Positions 16,582-27,745 of a stretch of DNA of 64,000 nt are shown here, piece after piece. The notes below the pieces were generated by a model that worked only from the letters and a program-made list of their open reading frames with translations, ran no database searches and was not told where the DNA came from. Positions within the stretch are counted from its first letter, which is position 1. The number at the start of each line of letters is the position of its first letter. Made by a program: the position numbers and the translations under genes. The DNA is from Klebsiella pneumoniae (GTDB lineage: Bacteria; Pseudomonadota; Gammaproteobacteria; Ga0077536). The stretch is taken from assembly GCA_945876945.1 (NCBI GenBank), contig CAMCQE010000002.1, positions 2,985 to 66,984 on the forward strand, given 5' to 3'.

Positions 16582-17175
16582 CTAAACGGCCGGCTTGGCC
16601 TTGGCGCGCGGGCGCTGGGCTGCCGCCGGTGCTTTCTTGGCGGCCGCTTTCTTGGCCACGGCTTTTTTGGCGACCGCTTTCGCGGCAACGGCTTTCTTGG
16701 GGGTGCCTGTGGTCGTCGCAGGCTTGGCGCGCGCGCTCGTGGGCGCAGCCGCCGCTTTAATTGGCGCGACCGGCGCTTCTGCCTTGGGCTTGGTTCTGGG
16801 TTTGGCTTTGGGCGCGCTCAGCACCGGGGTAATCGGCGGGCCGGCGTCCCACAGCTTCTCCAGCTGATAGTGGGCGCGTGACTCGGGCTGCATGACGTGG
16901 ACGATGACATCGCCCAGATCGAGCAACACCCATTCGGAAGTTTGTTCGCCTTCCATGCCCAGCGGCTTGACCTTCCGCTTGCGGGCGGCGTCTGCCGCGC
17001 GTTCGGCCAGCGCTTTGACCTGACGCGAGGAGCGTCCGCTGGCGACCACCATGAAGTCGGCGATCGAGGTGAGTTTGCGAACGTCGAAGACTTTGATGTC
17101 TTCGGCCTTACCGTCATCGAGTGCTACGGTGACGATATCGAGAAGTTTTCTAGGGGTAACTGCCATCCGCGACAT
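16582..17175 (-). CDS. rsfS: Ribosome silencing factor RsfS with a ~80-aa Ala/Lys/Pro-rich C-terminal extension
   Basis: ORF 16582..17247, trimmed to the ATG at 17175 (MSRMAV; 17166 is also possible). Core: DIKVFDVRKLTSIADFMVVASGRSSRQVKALAE...VHVMQPESRAHYQLEKLW. Tail: ...PKKAVAAKAVAKKAVAKKAAAKKAPAAAQRPRAKAKPAV. Confidence 0.85.
   Translation of the reverse strand: MSRMAVTPRKLLDIVTVALDDGKAEDIKVFDVRKLTSIADFMVVASGRSSRQVKALAERAADAARKRKVKPLGMEGEQTSEWVLLDLGDVIVHVMQPESRAHYQLEKLWDAGPPITPVLSAPKAKPRTKPKAEAPVAPIKAAAAPTSARAKPATTTGTPKKAVAAKAVAKKAVAKKAAAKKAPAAAQRPRAKAKPAV
16631..16700 (-). repeat. Imperfect 15-nt tandem repeat (about 4-5 units, GCTTTCTTGGCGGCC-like on the + strand) encoding the A-K-K-A-V units of the RsfS tail
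   Basis: + strand reads gctttcttggcggcc gctttcttggccacg gcttttttggcgacc gctttcgcggcaacg gctttcttgg. It is coding, in frame with rsfS. Confidence 0.7.
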
Positions 17176-17218
17176 TGTGGCGGGCGGCGGCGCCGGGCAC
17201 AACCAGAAGCGCCTCAAT

Positions 17219-17872
17219 TCATTCGCGATAAAGCCTTTCGCGATCAATCAGCGCCACCACCGCGGCGGGCGTGAAGTAGTCAACACGGTGGCCGGCCTGC
17301 AGCCGTGCCCGGATATCGGTAGAGGAAATGGGGAGGCGGGGAATGGGCAACACCAGCACCCGACCGGCGCGCGCCGCGCGGAACTCGGCGAGCGTCTCGC
17401 AGCGTGCCGCTGCCAGCTCAGGGATATCCGTCAGCGTGACGCCGGGGCGGGTGGCAATCACGAGGTTGGCGTAATCCAGCAACTCCTGCCAGCGATGCCA
17501 GCGGGGCAAGGCGTTCCAGGCATCGGCGCCGAGTACAAAATAAAACGAGGCGGAGGGCAGTTCCTGCCGCATCTCAATGAGGGTGTCGATGGTGTAGCTG
17601 CGGCCACCGCGGCGGATTTCGCGGTCGTCGGCCACGAGGCCCGGCACCAGCGCCGATTCAAGCATCGCCAACCGCTGGGCGGGGCTGGCGGTCGGCGTGT
17701 CGCGCAAATTGGTGGTGGCCGTGGGGAGGAGCCGGACTTCATCCAGCCCCAGACGCTCCAGCACCTCAATGGCAAGCCGCAGGTGCCCGTGGTGCACCGG
17801 ATCGAAAGTACCGCCCAGAATGCCGAGCGCGGTGCTCAAGTGCGCAGATGCCCGTCGCCGATCACGATCCAT
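17219..17872 (-). CDS. nadD: Nicotinate-nucleotide adenylyltransferase
   Basis: [16 protein letters not shown] and ISSTDIR. The start is either ATG 17872 or TTG 17839 (TTGA overlap with the proA stop). Confidence 0.9.
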   Translation of the reverse strand: MDRDRRRASAHLSTALGILGGTFDPVHHGHLRLAIEVLERLGLDEVRLLPTATTNLRDTPTASPAQRLAMLESALVPGLVADDREIRRGGRSYTIDTLIEMRQELPSASFYFVLGADAWNALPRWHRWQELLDYANLVIATRPGVTLTDIPELAAARCETLAEFRAARAGRVLVLPIPRLPISSTDIRARLQAGHRVDYFTPAAVVALIDRERLYRE

Positions 17873-19095
17873 TTCTGCGAGGTCAGCCCTTCCAGACCAA
17901 CCGGGCCGCGCGCGTGGAATTTATCCGTGCTGATCCCAATCTCGGCGCCTAGCCCGTATTCAAAGCCGTCCGCAAAGCGGGTGGAGGCGTTCACCATCAC
18001 CGAGCTTGAATCCACTTCGGTGATGAAGCGCCGGGCGCGCACGAGGTTTTCCGTGACGATGGCGTCGGTGTGTTGCGAGCCGTATTGGCGGATGTGGGCG
18101 ATCGCTTCGTCCAATCCCTCGACGACGCGGATGGCCAGCACCGGCGCGAGGTATTCCTCGTACCAGTCCTGCTCGGTCGCCGGCAAAACATTGGGGTCGA
18201 TGGCGCGCGTGCTCTCGCAGCCCCGAAGTTCAACGCCGGCTTCGCGATAGCGGGCCAGCAGCAGCGGCAGCGCGCGCGGCGCAATCGGGGCGTCAATCAG
18301 CAGGGTCTCCATGGTGTTACAGGTGCCGTAGCGCTGGCACTTGGCGTTGACCGCGATGGCAACGGCCTTGTCGAGGTCGGCGTCGGCATCGATAAACACG
18401 TGGCAGACGCCGTCCAGATGCTTGATGACCGGCATCCGCGCCTCGCGGCTCACGCGCTCAATCAACCCCTTGCCGCCGCGCGGCACGATGACGTCGATGT
18501 ATTCGGGATGCGCCAGCATTTCGCCGACCGCCGCGCGGTCGGTAGTGGCCAGCACCTGCACGGCGGTGCCGGGCAGGCCGGCGGCTTCGAGGCCAGCCTG
18601 CACGCAAGCGGCGATCGCCTGGTTGGAGTGATGCGCTTCCGAGCCGCCACGCAGCACCGCCGCGTTGCCGGATTTGAGGCACAGCGCCGCGGCATCGGCG
18701 GTAACGTTGGGGCGGGCTTCGTAAATGATCCCGACCACGCCCAGCGGCACCCGCATCCGCCCGACCTGAATGCCGGTTGGGCGATAGGCCATGTCCGTGA
18801 CGGTGCCGATGGGGTCGGCCAGCGCGGCGACTTCGCGCAAACCGGCCGCCATGGCGGCCACGCGCGCGGGCGTCAGGGTGAGACGGTCGCGCATCGCGGC
18901 ATCCAGCGCGGCGGCGGCTTCGAGATCCCGACAGTTGGCGTCCAGAATCGCCTCGGCGCTCGCGGTAATGCGTTCGGCAATCGCGATGAGCGCGGCGTTT
19001 TTCGCTTTGGTGGGTGCCTTCGCCAGCAGCACGGCGGCGCGACGTGCGGCCTGCCCAAGCGTGGCCATATATTCAGAAACGGACGGGTCGGTCAT
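17836..19095 (-). CDS. proA: Glutamate-5-semialdehyde dehydrogenase
   Basis: 419 aa. [11 protein letters not shown] and [22 protein letters not shown]. Confidence 0.95.
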   Translation of the reverse strand: MTDPSVSEYMATLGQAARRAAVLLAKAPTKAKNAALIAIAERITASAEAILDANCRDLEAAAALDAAMRDRLTLTPARVAAMAAGLREVAALADPIGTVTDMAYRPTGIQVGRMRVPLGVVGIIYEARPNVTADAAALCLKSGNAAVLRGGSEAHHSNQAIAACVQAGLEAAGLPGTAVQVLATTDRAAVGEMLAHPEYIDVIVPRGGKGLIERVSREARMPVIKHLDGVCHVFIDADADLDKAVAIAVNAKCQRYGTCNTMETLLIDAPIAPRALPLLLARYREAGVELRGCESTRAIDPNVLPATEQDWYEEYLAPVLAIRVVEGLDEAIAHIRQYGSQHTDAIVTENLVRARRFITEVDSSSVMVNASTRFADGFEYGLGAEIGISTDKFHARGPVGLEGLTSQKWIVIGDGHLRT

Positions 19096-19099
19096 GGTT

Positions 19100-20137
19100 T
19101 TACCTCACAAGAGCCATAGTCTCGGCCAGCATGCCCAGTCGGGGCCCACCGGCCAGCGCGATCAATAAGGATTCCAGCGCCTCCCAGGGGTCGCCCTCGC
19201 CCATGCCCTTGGCGACCTGATCGATGCGCACGCTTTCGCGGAGCAGGGCTTCAAGCTGGGCGGGCGTGTGGCGCTGAAGGGCGCGCCGCAGGAGCGGCTG
19301 ACGGGAGGCCCACACGCGCTCGGCGGCAAAGCCCGCGTCAACGCCCCTGGCCGCCGCCACTTTCGCCAGCACGCGGAGCTCGCGCCCGGCCGACCAACTG
19401 AGCACCACCGGGTCGCTGCCTTCATCGCGTACGCCACGCAGCATGCGCACGGCGCGTGCGATATCGCCGGCCAGGGCGCTATCCACCACTTTGTAGACGT
19501 CGTAACGGGCGCTATCGCTAACCGCCGCCAGCGCTTGCTCAAGACCAATGCGCGGCTCATCGACTAACAGCAGGAGGAGGTCGATTTCCTGGGCCGCCGC
19601 CAGCAGATTGCCTTCTGTGCGCACCGCCAGCAGTTCCGCCGCCTCAGGCGCCAAGGTTTTGCCGCGCGCGTGACAGCGCGCCTGCAGCCATTCCCGAAAC
19701 TCGGCGCCCTCCGGCAGGCGACACCCAATCACGAAGCCGTGGGTATCAATCGCCCGCACCCAGGCGGCCTGCTGCTCATCCTTCGACAGTGTCTCGGCGG
19801 TCAGGATGCAGAAATCTTCCTGATCGCCGCGTGCGGTCCACGTGGCAATGAAGTTCTGGGCGTCCGTATCGGGCTTTTTCTTGCCCAAATCGATTTCGAA
19901 CACCCGCCGCCCGGCGAATAAGGACAGGCTCATGGTTTCGGCGTGGAGGAAATCCCAGTCGATGCCGGTGGCGACATCAAAGCGCACCCGCTCCGCGGCG
20001 CCGGCGGCCTGGGCGGCGCGGCGAATCGCATCGGCGGCTTCCAGTCGCTGCAAGGGCTCTTCGCCGTACACCAGATGAATGGACGGTAACGGCGACTTGC
20101 TGAGCGCCTGCGCGAGACGTTCGGGCTTAAGGTTCAC
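19100..20137 (-). CDS. holA: DNA polymerase III delta subunit
   Basis: ORF 19100..20269. I prefer the GTG at 20137 ([12 protein letters not shown]...[10 protein letters not shown]), which overlaps the lptE stop by 11 nt. This is the canonical position after lptE. Confidence 0.8.
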   Translation of the reverse strand: MNLKPERLAQALSKSPLPSIHLVYGEEPLQRLEAADAIRRAAQAAGAAERVRFDVATGIDWDFLHAETMSLSLFAGRRVFEIDLGKKKPDTDAQNFIATWTARGDQEDFCILTAETLSKDEQQAAWVRAIDTHGFVIGCRLPEGAEFREWLQARCHARGKTLAPEAAELLAVRTEGNLLAAAQEIDLLLLLVDEPRIGLEQALAAVSDSARYDVYKVVDSALAGDIARAVRMLRGVRDEGSDPVVLSWSAGRELRVLAKVAAARGVDAGFAAERVWASRQPLLRRALQRHTPAQLEALLRESVRIDQVAKGMGEGDPWEALESLLIALAGGPRLGMLAETMALVR

Positions 20138-20660
20138 GTTTGGGCAGGTGCTGCGGATCGATCGCTTCCATCCGGAGCGCCAGCGAACGGGCGGCCTTTC
20201 GCTCCAAGTGCACGCGCGTGGTGCTTTCCACTTCCTGTGTGCCCAGCACCGAGCCTTCGTCGAAGACAAAATCGTCGTAAAAGGAAAACCGTTCAGGCGC
20301 TATCAGCAAACTGCCGTTGGCGGCCCGGACTTCAAGTTGCACCTGCAGACCGAGTTCGATTTCGCGCACCTTGCCGGTCGTCGGGTCGACCGACAGGATG
20401 CGACGGTCAAATTCCTCGTTACGCAATTCGACGATGACGTCGGCCGCCTCCCGCTTGCGAGTGATCTGGATGCCGGCGTAACGCAGTTCACCGGCGAGCA
20501 GGCTCTCGAGTTGGCCATTCGCCAGCGGTCTCACATAAAACTTCAAGCCCGTAAGGGCGGTTTTGCGCCTTCCGCGAAGATACCAGCCGCCACAGGCCGA
20601 GAGACTCGGGGCGATAGCCGCACCAAGCATCAGACGGAACCACTGGCGGCGACTTGGCAT
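20127..20660 (-). CDS. lptE: LPS-assembly lipoprotein LptE
   Basis: 177 aa. Lipobox PSLSAC followed by GGWYLRG. Sits in the conserved leuS-lptE-holA order. Confidence 0.85.
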   Translation of the reverse strand: MPSRRQWFRLMLGAAIAPSLSACGGWYLRGRRKTALTGLKFYVRPLANGQLESLLAGELRYAGIQITRKREAADVIVELRNEEFDRRILSVDPTTGKVREIELGLQVQLEVRAANGSLLIAPERFSFYDDFVFDEGSVLGTQEVESTTRVHLERKAARSLALRMEAIDPQHLPKREP

Positions 20661-20662
20661 CG

Positions 20663-23245
20663 TTAGTTGGCGACGATGTTGACCAAACGCCCGGGCACGA
20701 CGATGACCTTGCGCACCGTCTGGCCTTCCAGAAAGCGCGCGACGTGTTCATCCGCCAGCGCCCGTTCCTCGGCCAACGCCTGCGAGGCATCGACCGGCAG
20801 CAGCACCGTTGCGCGCTTCTTGCCGTTCACCTGCACCACGACTTCGATTTCATCCCGGGCGAGTGCATCGGTATCGACTACCGGCCACGCAGCGGTCGCC
20901 AGCACGGAGTCATGGCCAAGAGCCGCCCACATGGATTCGGTGCAGTGAGGCACGATCGGCGCGAGCAACAAGGTGCAGACTTCCAATCCTTCCTGCATCA
21001 CGGCCCGGGCGTCATCCCCCGCCGTATCGAGTTTGCCAAGCGCGTTCACCAGTTCCATCACCGCCGCGATCGCGGTGTTGAATTTGTAGCGGCGACTGAC
21101 GTCGTCCGTCACCTTGGCAATGGTTTCGTGAATTTTCCGGCGCACGTTCTTCAATTCAGCGGACAAGGCACCGGCCTTGGGCGCGGGGCCACGGCTCACG
21201 TGCTCATAGGTCATACGCCACAGCCCGCGCAGGAAGCGGAAGGCACCTTCGACGGCGCTGTCCGACCACTCAAGGCTTTGCTCCGGCGGCGCGGCGAACA
21301 TGGTGTAGAGGCGAACGGTGTCGGCGCCGTAACGGTCGATCAGGGTTTGCGGGTCGATGCCGTTGTTTTTCGACTTCGACATTTTCTCGACCGCACCGAT
21401 GGTGACCGACTCGCCGTCCGCGCGAAGTCGGGCCGTAATGGCGCGGCCTTTGTCGTCAGTCTCGACGTCAACGGATTCCGGGTTGTAGTAGGTCTTTTTG
21501 CCGCTCGCGGCCTCGCGGAAATAGGTCTCCTTACACACCATGCCTTGGGTTAACAGGCGGGTAAATGGCTCGTCGGCGACCGCGAGCCCGGAGTCGCGCA
21601 TGAGTTTGTGGAAGAAGCGGGCGTAGAGCAGATGAAGCACTGCGTGCTCGATTCCGCCGATGTAGATGTCGACCGGCATCCAGTAGCGGGCGCGTTCGTC
21701 GACCATCGCGTTGTCGCTGTCCGGGCAGCAGAAGCGCGCGTAGTACCAGGAGGACTCAAAGAAGGTATCGAAGGTATCGGTCTCGCGGCGCGCGGGCGCA
21801 CCCGAACCCGGCAAGGTGGCGTTGATGAACGCCGGCATCTGCGCCAACGGCGAACTCACGCCGGACCACTCGATTTCTTCGGGCAAGCGGACCGGCAGGC
21901 GGGAGGCGTCTTCCGGCACCAGCGCGCCCGCTTCGTCGTAAAGCACCGGGATTGGGCAACCCCAGTAGCGCTGACGGGACACCAGCCAGTCGCGCAGGCG
22001 GTACTGGACCCGTCGCTCGGCCCGCCCTTCAGCGGCCAGGCGCTGGGCGATGGCGTCAAAGGCTTCGGTAAACGTGAGCCCGTCGTATTCGCCGCTGTGA
22101 CACAGCAAGCCCTTCTCGACCGCTGCCGTTTCTTCGACCGATATTTCGCTGCCGTCAGCCGGCCGGATCACCTGTTTGATGGGTAGACCGAAACGTTTGG
22201 CGAACTCATGGTCGCGCTCATCGTGGCCCGGCACGGACATCACCGCGCCTGTGCCATAGCTCATCAACACGAAATTAGCGACCCACACCGGGATGTCGTC
22301 ACCGGTCAAGGGATGGCGCACGGCGACCCCGAGCGGCATGCCGCGCTTCTCGAGTTTCTCCACCACGGCTTCAGAGGTGGAGGTCTGGGCGCAGGAGGCA
22401 AGGAATTCGGCGACTGCAGGGGCTTGCTCGGCGGCGCGGCGCGCGACGGGGTGCTCCGGCGCAACCGCCATATAGGTCACGCCCATCAAGGTGTCGGGGC
22501 GGGTGGTATAGACCTCAAGGTCGCCGCTGCCGTCGGCGAGGGCAAATTTAATCTGTAGCCCTTCGGAGCGCCCAATCCAGTTGCGCTGCATGGTCTTGAC
22601 CGCTTCCGGCCAGCCTTCCAGCGCGTCCAGATCGTTCAGGAGCTCATCGGCATAGGCCGTGATCCGCACGAACCACTGGGGGATTTCGCGGCGCTCGACC
22701 AAGGCCCCCGAGCGCCAGCCGCGCCCATCGATCACCTGCTCGTTGGCCAGCACTGTTTGGTCAACCGGATCCCAGTTCACCACGGCGGTCTTTCGATAGA
22801 CCAGATCCCGCTCGTAGAGCTTGGTGAAGAACCACTGCTCCCAGTGGTAGTAATCGGCGTCGCAGGTGGCGAGCTCGCGGGCCCAGTCGTAGGAAAAGCC
22901 GAGGCGCTGGAGCTGACCGCGCATGTAGTTAATGTTGGAGCGCGTCCATTGCGCCGGCGGCACGTTGTTTTCGATGGCCGCGTTTTCGGCCGGTAGACCG
23001 AATGCATCCCAGCCCATCGGATGGAGCACGTTCTTGCCCTGCATCCGCTGGTAGCGGGCAATTACATCCCCGATCGTGTAATTGCGGACATGCCCCATGT
23101 GCAGACGCCCGCTGGGGTAGGGAAACATGCACAGGCAATAGAATTTTTCCCGCGTCATGTCCTCAACGGCAGCAAATATCTGAGTTTCGGCCCAACGGGC
23201 CTGAATCAGAGGCTCAAGTTCAACGGGGGAATATCTTTCCTGCAT
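20663..23245 (-). CDS. leuS: Leucyl-tRNA synthetase
   Basis: [16 protein letters not shown] (HIGH) and [11 protein letters not shown] (KMSKS). Start taken at MQERYSP (23245); the track ORF begins 3 codons earlier. Confidence 0.97.
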   Translation of the reverse strand: MQERYSPVELEPLIQARWAETQIFAAVEDMTREKFYCLCMFPYPSGRLHMGHVRNYTIGDVIARYQRMQGKNVLHPMGWDAFGLPAENAAIENNVPPAQWTRSNINYMRGQLQRLGFSYDWARELATCDADYYHWEQWFFTKLYERDLVYRKTAVVNWDPVDQTVLANEQVIDGRGWRSGALVERREIPQWFVRITAYADELLNDLDALEGWPEAVKTMQRNWIGRSEGLQIKFALADGSGDLEVYTTRPDTLMGVTYMAVAPEHPVARRAAEQAPAVAEFLASCAQTSTSEAVVEKLEKRGMPLGVAVRHPLTGDDIPVWVANFVLMSYGTGAVMSVPGHDERDHEFAKRFGLPIKQVIRPADGSEISVEETAAVEKGLLCHSGEYDGLTFTEAFDAIAQRLAAEGRAERRVQYRLRDWLVSRQRYWGCPIPVLYDEAGALVPEDASRLPVRLPEEIEWSGVSSPLAQMPAFINATLPGSGAPARRETDTFDTFFESSWYYARFCCPDSDNAMVDERARYWMPVDIYIGGIEHAVLHLLYARFFHKLMRDSGLAVADEPFTRLLTQGMVCKETYFREAASGKKTYYNPESVDVETDDKGRAITARLRADGESVTIGAVEKMSKSKNNGIDPQTLIDRYGADTVRLYTMFAAPPEQSLEWSDSAVEGAFRFLRGLWRMTYEHVSRGPAPKAGALSAELKNVRRKIHETIAKVTDDVSRRYKFNTAIAAVMELVNALGKLDTAGDDARAVMQEGLEVCTLLLAPIVPHCTESMWAALGHDSVLATAAWPVVDTDALARDEIEVVVQVNGKKRATVLLPVDASQALAEERALADEHVARFLEGQTVRKVIVVPGRLVNIVAN

Positions 23246-23370
23246 GACGACCAAATGCCGGGAAATCCCGCAGCTTCAGGGAAGGGGACTCGCGAAAGTT
23301 AGATAGGTGACTGATTTTTTTGCCGATCGAAAGGGCGCTTGGAGGATACTTCAGGCGCTAGCTTCAGAGC

Positions 23371-23404
23371 AAAAAAAAGCCGGCCCCGGAAAGCCCGGGC
23401 CGGC
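23371..23404 (-). terminator. Rho-independent terminator downstream of comEA
   Basis: GCCGGCCCCGG-aaag-CCCGGGCCGGC hairpin (one mismatch), preceded on the + strand by A8, which reads as U8 after the hairpin on the - strand. Confidence 0.75.
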
Positions 23405-23435
23405 GTGAGCGCAATTTCGCGCCAGGAGGGTTCGC

Positions 23436-23711
23436 TTATTTCTCTGGCATCACGACGGTGAGCTTGTCGCGATTTTTGGTGATGGTGGCCGCGCCGATGC
23501 CTTTCACGAGCGCCAAGTCGTCAACGTAGTGGAAAGGGCCGTGCGCTTTCCGGTACTCGACGATGGCTTCAGCCTTCGAGAGACCCACCCCAACCATCAC
23601 CTCGGCAATCGTCTTGGCGTCTGCCGTGTTGAGATCAACCGGTTCTGCCCATGCTGCCGTCAAAGCGGTTCCAAGCAGCAGGGCGCCAACATATTGTGTG
23701 AACTTACGCAT
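23436..23711 (-). CDS. comEA: ComEA-type periplasmic helix-hairpin-helix DNA-binding protein
   Basis: 91 aa. Signal peptide, then VDLNTADAKTIAE...GVGLSKAEAIVEYRKAHGPF...LALVKGIGAATI. Confidence 0.8.
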   Translation of the reverse strand: MRKFTQYVGALLLGTALTAAWAEPVDLNTADAKTIAEVMVGVGLSKAEAIVEYRKAHGPFHYVDDLALVKGIGAATITKNRDKLTVVMPEK

Positions 23712-23972
23712 GTCTATACTCCATCATGTGGTTATTGATCTGTCCCTAGGTCAGCCCCTGTTTTCCAAGGGCCGAATCAAGGATAGCCAGCGCCCTTGAT
23801 GAGAACCACGCGAAACCTGCGCCATTGCGCCGTTCCGGCTTGGGACTTTTTCCCGACATTCATCCGGCGCTCGCGCGGTCGCTATATCGCTCGCACATTT
23901 CATTCATTGGCACGTAACATTGCCTAGGCTCAATCCCAGTTGGCGTCGATTGGACGCAGGAAGCTAATCATC

Positions 23973-24665
23973 ATGGCCGGACACATATTGATCGTTGACG
24001 ACGAACCGGGCATCCGACAGATGCTGAGTTTCACGCTGGCTGGTGATGGTTACGGATGCGCAGAAGCAGGCGACATTGAGGAGGCGCAAGCCAGTCTCCT
24101 GAGCCGGCGTCCTGATTTGATTCTGCTGGACTGGATGCTGCCCGGGATCAGCGGCATCGATTTCGCCCGTCGCCTGAAGCGCGACTCGCGAACGGCAGAT
24201 ATTCCCATCATCATGCTGACGGCCAAAACCGAGGAATCGGACAAGATCAAAGGCCTTGATAGCGGCGCCGACGATTACATCACCAAGCCCTTCTCCACCC
24301 GCGAGCTCCTCGCGCGGGTTCGCGCGGTGTTGCGGCGAACCAAGGTTACCGAAGAGGCAGAAGCGGTCACGGTCAACAGCCTGAGACTGGACACCCAGAC
24401 GCACCGGGTCGCGATCGACGACCGTCCGCTTGAACTCAGCCCCACCGAATTCAGGCTCCTCCATTTTTTCCTCACTCATCCGGAGCGGGTCTACACCCGC
24501 AGCCAGTTGCTCGATGAAGTGTGGGGTAACGAGGCGTACATTGAAGAGCGCACGGTAGACGTTCACATCAGACGACTCCGCAAGATCCTTGAGCCACACG
24601 GCTACGATCAATACATCCAGACGGTCCGCAGCGTGGGTTATCGGTTCTCCACCCAGCCGGCGTGA
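23973..24665 (+). CDS. phoB: Phosphate-regulon response regulator
   Basis: ORF 23940..24665 (TTG), trimmed to ATG 23973. HILIVDDEPGIR, LILLDWMLPG, winged-helix C-terminus RSVGYRFS. phoR follows. Confidence 0.9.
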   Translation: MAGHILIVDDEPGIRQMLSFTLAGDGYGCAEAGDIEEAQASLLSRRPDLILLDWMLPGISGIDFARRLKRDSRTADIPIIMLTAKTEESDKIKGLDSGADDYITKPFSTRELLARVRAVLRRTKVTEEAEAVTVNSLRLDTQTHRVAIDDRPLELSPTEFRLLHFFLTHPERVYTRSQLLDEVWGNEAYIEERTVDVHIRRLRKILEPHGYDQYIQTVRSVGYRFSTQPA

Positions 24666-24745
24666 TGCGGTCGGACGGGTAGAGCAGATTGCGATAGACC
24701 CGCATCTCCGCGACACGCGGTGGCTCGGGACCAAGGCTTAAACGC

Positions 24746-26077
24746 ATGGCGATTAGAGATATAGGACGACTGCTTCTCGCCTTGGCGTTCGCTGGAGCGA
24801 TCGGCTGGATTGTGGGTCAGGTCTCGGGCGGCATCATCGCCGGGATGCTGCTCTACATCGCGTGGCTACACGGCAATCTCTATCAAATGCTCCGTTGGCT
24901 GCGCGACAGCAAACGCTTTTCACCGCCAGAGCCGCCGGGCGTATTCGAAGAGCTCGCCATTGAGATCGATTATCTTCGCGAGCGCCACAAGAAGCGCAAA
25001 AAGAAGCTCGCAAGCTATATCAAGCAATTTCAGCAAGCGACCCGCGCCCTTCCTGACCCCACAGTAGTGCTTGACCCCGACGGCTCTGTGCAATGGGCAA
25101 ACGCGGCAGCCGAAAAAGATCTGGGCATTCGCTGGCCAGAAGATATGAACCAGCGAATCACCAACTTGATCCGCATGCCTCGTCTGCTGGACCTGATCAA
25201 GGAACACAATCAGGCGACGACGATCGAAATTCCTTCGCCCGGCGACCCTAACCGCTTTCTCAACGTGCTGCTCGCGCCCTACGACAACGAGCAGTGGCTG
25301 CTGGTGGCGCGTGACGTGACCCAGCTGCATCGATTGAACCAGATGCGCAGCGACTTCGTGGCCAACGTTTCACATGAACTCCGCACACCTACTACGGTGA
25401 TTAAAGGCTTTCTCGAATCGCTGCTTGAACAGCGCAAGCTGGCGCCGCCGGCCTGGGTGCCTGCATTGGAGCAGATGAGCTCGCATGCCGATCGCATGCA
25501 GTCGCTGATTGAGGAGCTCTTGTTGCTATCGCGTCTGGAACAGGACCACACCATCAGCGACCCGCGACCCGTGCTGGTGAGTGAACTGCTCTCCGACGTC
25601 ATCAAGCAAGCGAGGGCACTGAGCGGACAACGCGAACATCTGTTTTCTTTGGAAGCCGATGCCCGCCTACAGGTCGCGGGAAATCATCAAGAACTGTTCA
25701 GCGCATTTTCCAATCTGGTCTTCAATGCAGTCAATTACACGCCGGCCAAAGGCATCGTGCGCATCCGCTGGTATCAGGACGCCACGGGCGCGCATCTGGA
25801 GGTTCAGGACAACGGTGTCGGAATCGCCGAGGAGCATCTCGACCGCATTACGGAGCGTTTTTACCGCGTTGATCACTCTCGCTCGCGAGCCGGCGGCGGA
25901 ACCGGCCTTGGGTTGGCCATCGTCAAGCACGTGCTACTCCGGCACGGCGCCAGTCTGGACATCAAAAGCATAAGGGGCGAGGGCAGCGTCTTTCGCTGTG
26001 ATTTCCCGGTTGGGAAGATTATTCCTGAGGAGGTCGATTCCGATGAAGCCACCGCCTCACGTGAAGGGGCGGCTTAG
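24746..26077 (+). CDS. phoR: Phosphate-regulon sensor histidine kinase
   Basis: 443 aa. N-terminal TM hairpin, PAS-like region, H-box FVANVSHELRTP, and G-boxes DNGVGI and GGTGLGLAIV. Confidence 0.9.
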   Translation: MAIRDIGRLLLALAFAGAIGWIVGQVSGGIIAGMLLYIAWLHGNLYQMLRWLRDSKRFSPPEPPGVFEELAIEIDYLRERHKKRKKKLASYIKQFQQATRALPDPTVVLDPDGSVQWANAAAEKDLGIRWPEDMNQRITNLIRMPRLLDLIKEHNQATTIEIPSPGDPNRFLNVLLAPYDNEQWLLVARDVTQLHRLNQMRSDFVANVSHELRTPTTVIKGFLESLLEQRKLAPPAWVPALEQMSSHADRMQSLIEELLLLSRLEQDHTISDPRPVLVSELLSDVIKQARALSGQREHLFSLEADARLQVAGNHQELFSAFSNLVFNAVNYTPAKGIVRIRWYQDATGAHLEVQDNGVGIAEEHLDRITERFYRVDHSRSRAGGGTGLGLAIVKHVLLRHGASLDIKSIRGEGSVFRCDFPVGKIIPEEVDSDEATASREGAA

Positions 26078-26104
26078 CTCAGGCCTCAGACAGTTCAACG
26101 GGCG

Positions 26105-26830
26105 TTAGCCGAGCCCGCGCTGTAAATTCAAGGCCTGCTCAATATCCTGAAGCGCGACGTGCCGGACGTCCTTGCCTTCGACCATGAAGATCGCGTTCTC
26201 GCAAATATTGTCCGCATGCTCACCGATTCGCTCAAAGGCCCGGACCGCGATAATGACATCCAACACTGTCGGTATGCAGGTAGCGTCTTCCATCATGGAG
26301 CCCACGAGTTGGCGCATAAAGGCTTCCATCTCGCGGTCAATTTCGGGGTCTTCCCTGGCCGCTAACAGCGCAGCATGGGAGTCCATCCGGGCAAAGGCAT
26401 CGAGCGCAGCCCTGAGCATTCGCCGGACCCGCTGACCGATCGACAGAACACCCACGTAGTACGAGCGAGAATTACCTTCAAGGGCGATATTGCCAACGAC
26501 TTTTGCGACGCGTTTGACTTCGTCGCCGATGCGTTCCAGATCCGTGCTGATTTTGCTTACGGCGAGCACCAGGCGCAGGTCGCTGGCAGCAGGCTGGCGG
26601 CGGAGCAGAATGCCGGTGCACTCCGTGTCGATCTCCACTTCCATCGTATTGATTTTACTGTCGCCGCGAACGACAAAGTCTGTCAGTTCAACGCTGGGAT
26701 GGGTAATCGCATCAAGCGCCTGAGCGAGGCGCTCTTCAACCAGCCCGCCCATCGCCAGCACCCGTGAGCGCAGGTCTTCGAGTTCCTTATCGAACTGATG
26801 CGAAATGTGATGAGTGCGACTGACTGGCAT
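26105..26830 (-). CDS. phoU: Phosphate signalling complex protein PhoU
   Basis: 241 aa two-repeat helical protein with DLERIGDE and FERIGEHADNI. It follows pstB. Confidence 0.92.
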   Translation of the reverse strand: MPVSRTHHISHQFDKELEDLRSRVLAMGGLVEERLAQALDAITHPSVELTDFVVRGDSKINTMEVEIDTECTGILLRRQPAASDLRLVLAVSKISTDLERIGDEVKRVAKVVGNIALEGNSRSYYVGVLSIGQRVRRMLRAALDAFARMDSHAALLAAREDPEIDREMEAFMRQLVGSMMEDATCIPTVLDVIIAVRAFERIGEHADNICENAIFMVEGKDVRHVALQDIEQALNLQRGLG

Positions 26831-26896
26831 GGTCTTATCCTCCGCCAGTGAACGATATCCCTATTGCGTTAACTCAAGAAGTCCGCGGGCGGGTCC

Positions 26897-27745
26897 TTAG
26901 CCGTAACGGCCCGTGATGTAGTCTTCTGTTTGCTTCTGGGTGGGCGTGGTGAAGATTTTCTTCGTCTCGTCCATTTCGATCAGTTTGCCCATGAACATAA
27001 ACGCGGTGTAATCGGAAACGCGCGCCGCCTGTTGCATGTTGTGGGTCACGATGACGATGGTGTAGTTCGCCTTGAGCTCAAAAATAAGCTCTTCGATTTT
27101 CAGCGTGGAAATTGGATCGAGCGCCGACGCGGGTTCGTCGAGCAGCAACACCTCAGGCTCAATTGCAATCGCGCGGGCGATAACCAGTCGCTGTTGCTGA
27201 CCACCGGAGAGACCGAGCGCGCTTTGGTGCAAGCGGTCGCGTACTTCATCCCAGAGAGCCGCCGATCGCAGCGCTTTTTCGACTGCCGGATCCAGCACGC
27301 GGCGGTTATTGATGCCCTGAATTCGCAGGCCATAGGCCACGTTTTCGTAGATCGATTTCGGGAACGGGTTTGGCTTCTGGAAGACCATGCCCACCCGGCG
27401 CCGCAGATTGGAAATGTCCATGCTCTGCGAATAGATGTTCTCGCCTTTCAGGTTGATGGCACCCTCGGTGCGCACATTACCGATGAGCTCGTTCAAGCGA
27501 TTGCAGCAGCGGAGCAAGGTGGATTTACCGCAACCTGAAGGCCCGATAAACGCCGTGACCCGCTTCTCGCGGATGCTCATGTTGACGTTGAACAAGGCCT
27601 GATGCTGACCGTAGAAAAGGCATAGGTCTTCTACGCTAAGACATTCTGCTGCCCCAGGCGCGGAGCGCTCATAGTGCTTGGCCGCCTTGGAGAAGTCAGG
27701 GATTGGGGACGTATCAGGCTGCGCCTGCGGATTACTCTGTTGCAT
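26897..27745 (-). CDS. pstB: Phosphate ABC transporter ATP-binding protein
   Basis: ORF 26897..27811, trimmed to MQQSNP (27745). [29 protein letters not shown]. Confidence 0.95.
   Translation of the reverse strand: MQQSNPQAQPDTSPIPDFSKAAKHYERSAPGAAECLSVEDLCLFYGQHQALFNVNMSIREKRVTAFIGPSGCGKSTLLRCCNRLNELIGNVRTEGAINLKGENIYSQSMDISNLRRRVGMVFQKPNPFPKSIYENVAYGLRIQGINNRRVLDPAVEKALRSAALWDEVRDRLHQSALGLSGGQQQRLVIARAIAIEPEVLLLDEPASALDPISTLKIEELIFELKANYTIVIVTHNMQQAARVSDYTAFMFMGKLIEMDETKKIFTTPTQKQTEDYITGRYG

Noticed and set aside
16631-16700. Short tandem repeats that could be mistaken for a CRISPR, VNTR or intergenic repeat
   Set aside because: The 15-nt period lies in frame inside rsfS and encodes AKKAV-type units. 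There are no spacers and no cas genes. It is reported as a coding repeat instead.
17051-19119. + strand ORFs 17051..18250 (399 aa) and 18070..19119 (349 aa)
   Set aside because: Antisense to rsfS/nadD/proA. These are Arg/Gly-rich shadow ORFs.
23712-23972. Search for a Pho box upstream of phoB in the 261-nt comEA/phoB divergent region
   Set aside because: The best candidates (around TTCATTCATTGGCACGTAACAT, ~23895-23920) match the CTGTCAT-N4-CTGTCAT consensus at 4/7 or fewer per half-site, which is not supportable by eye. A weight-matrix scan is needed.
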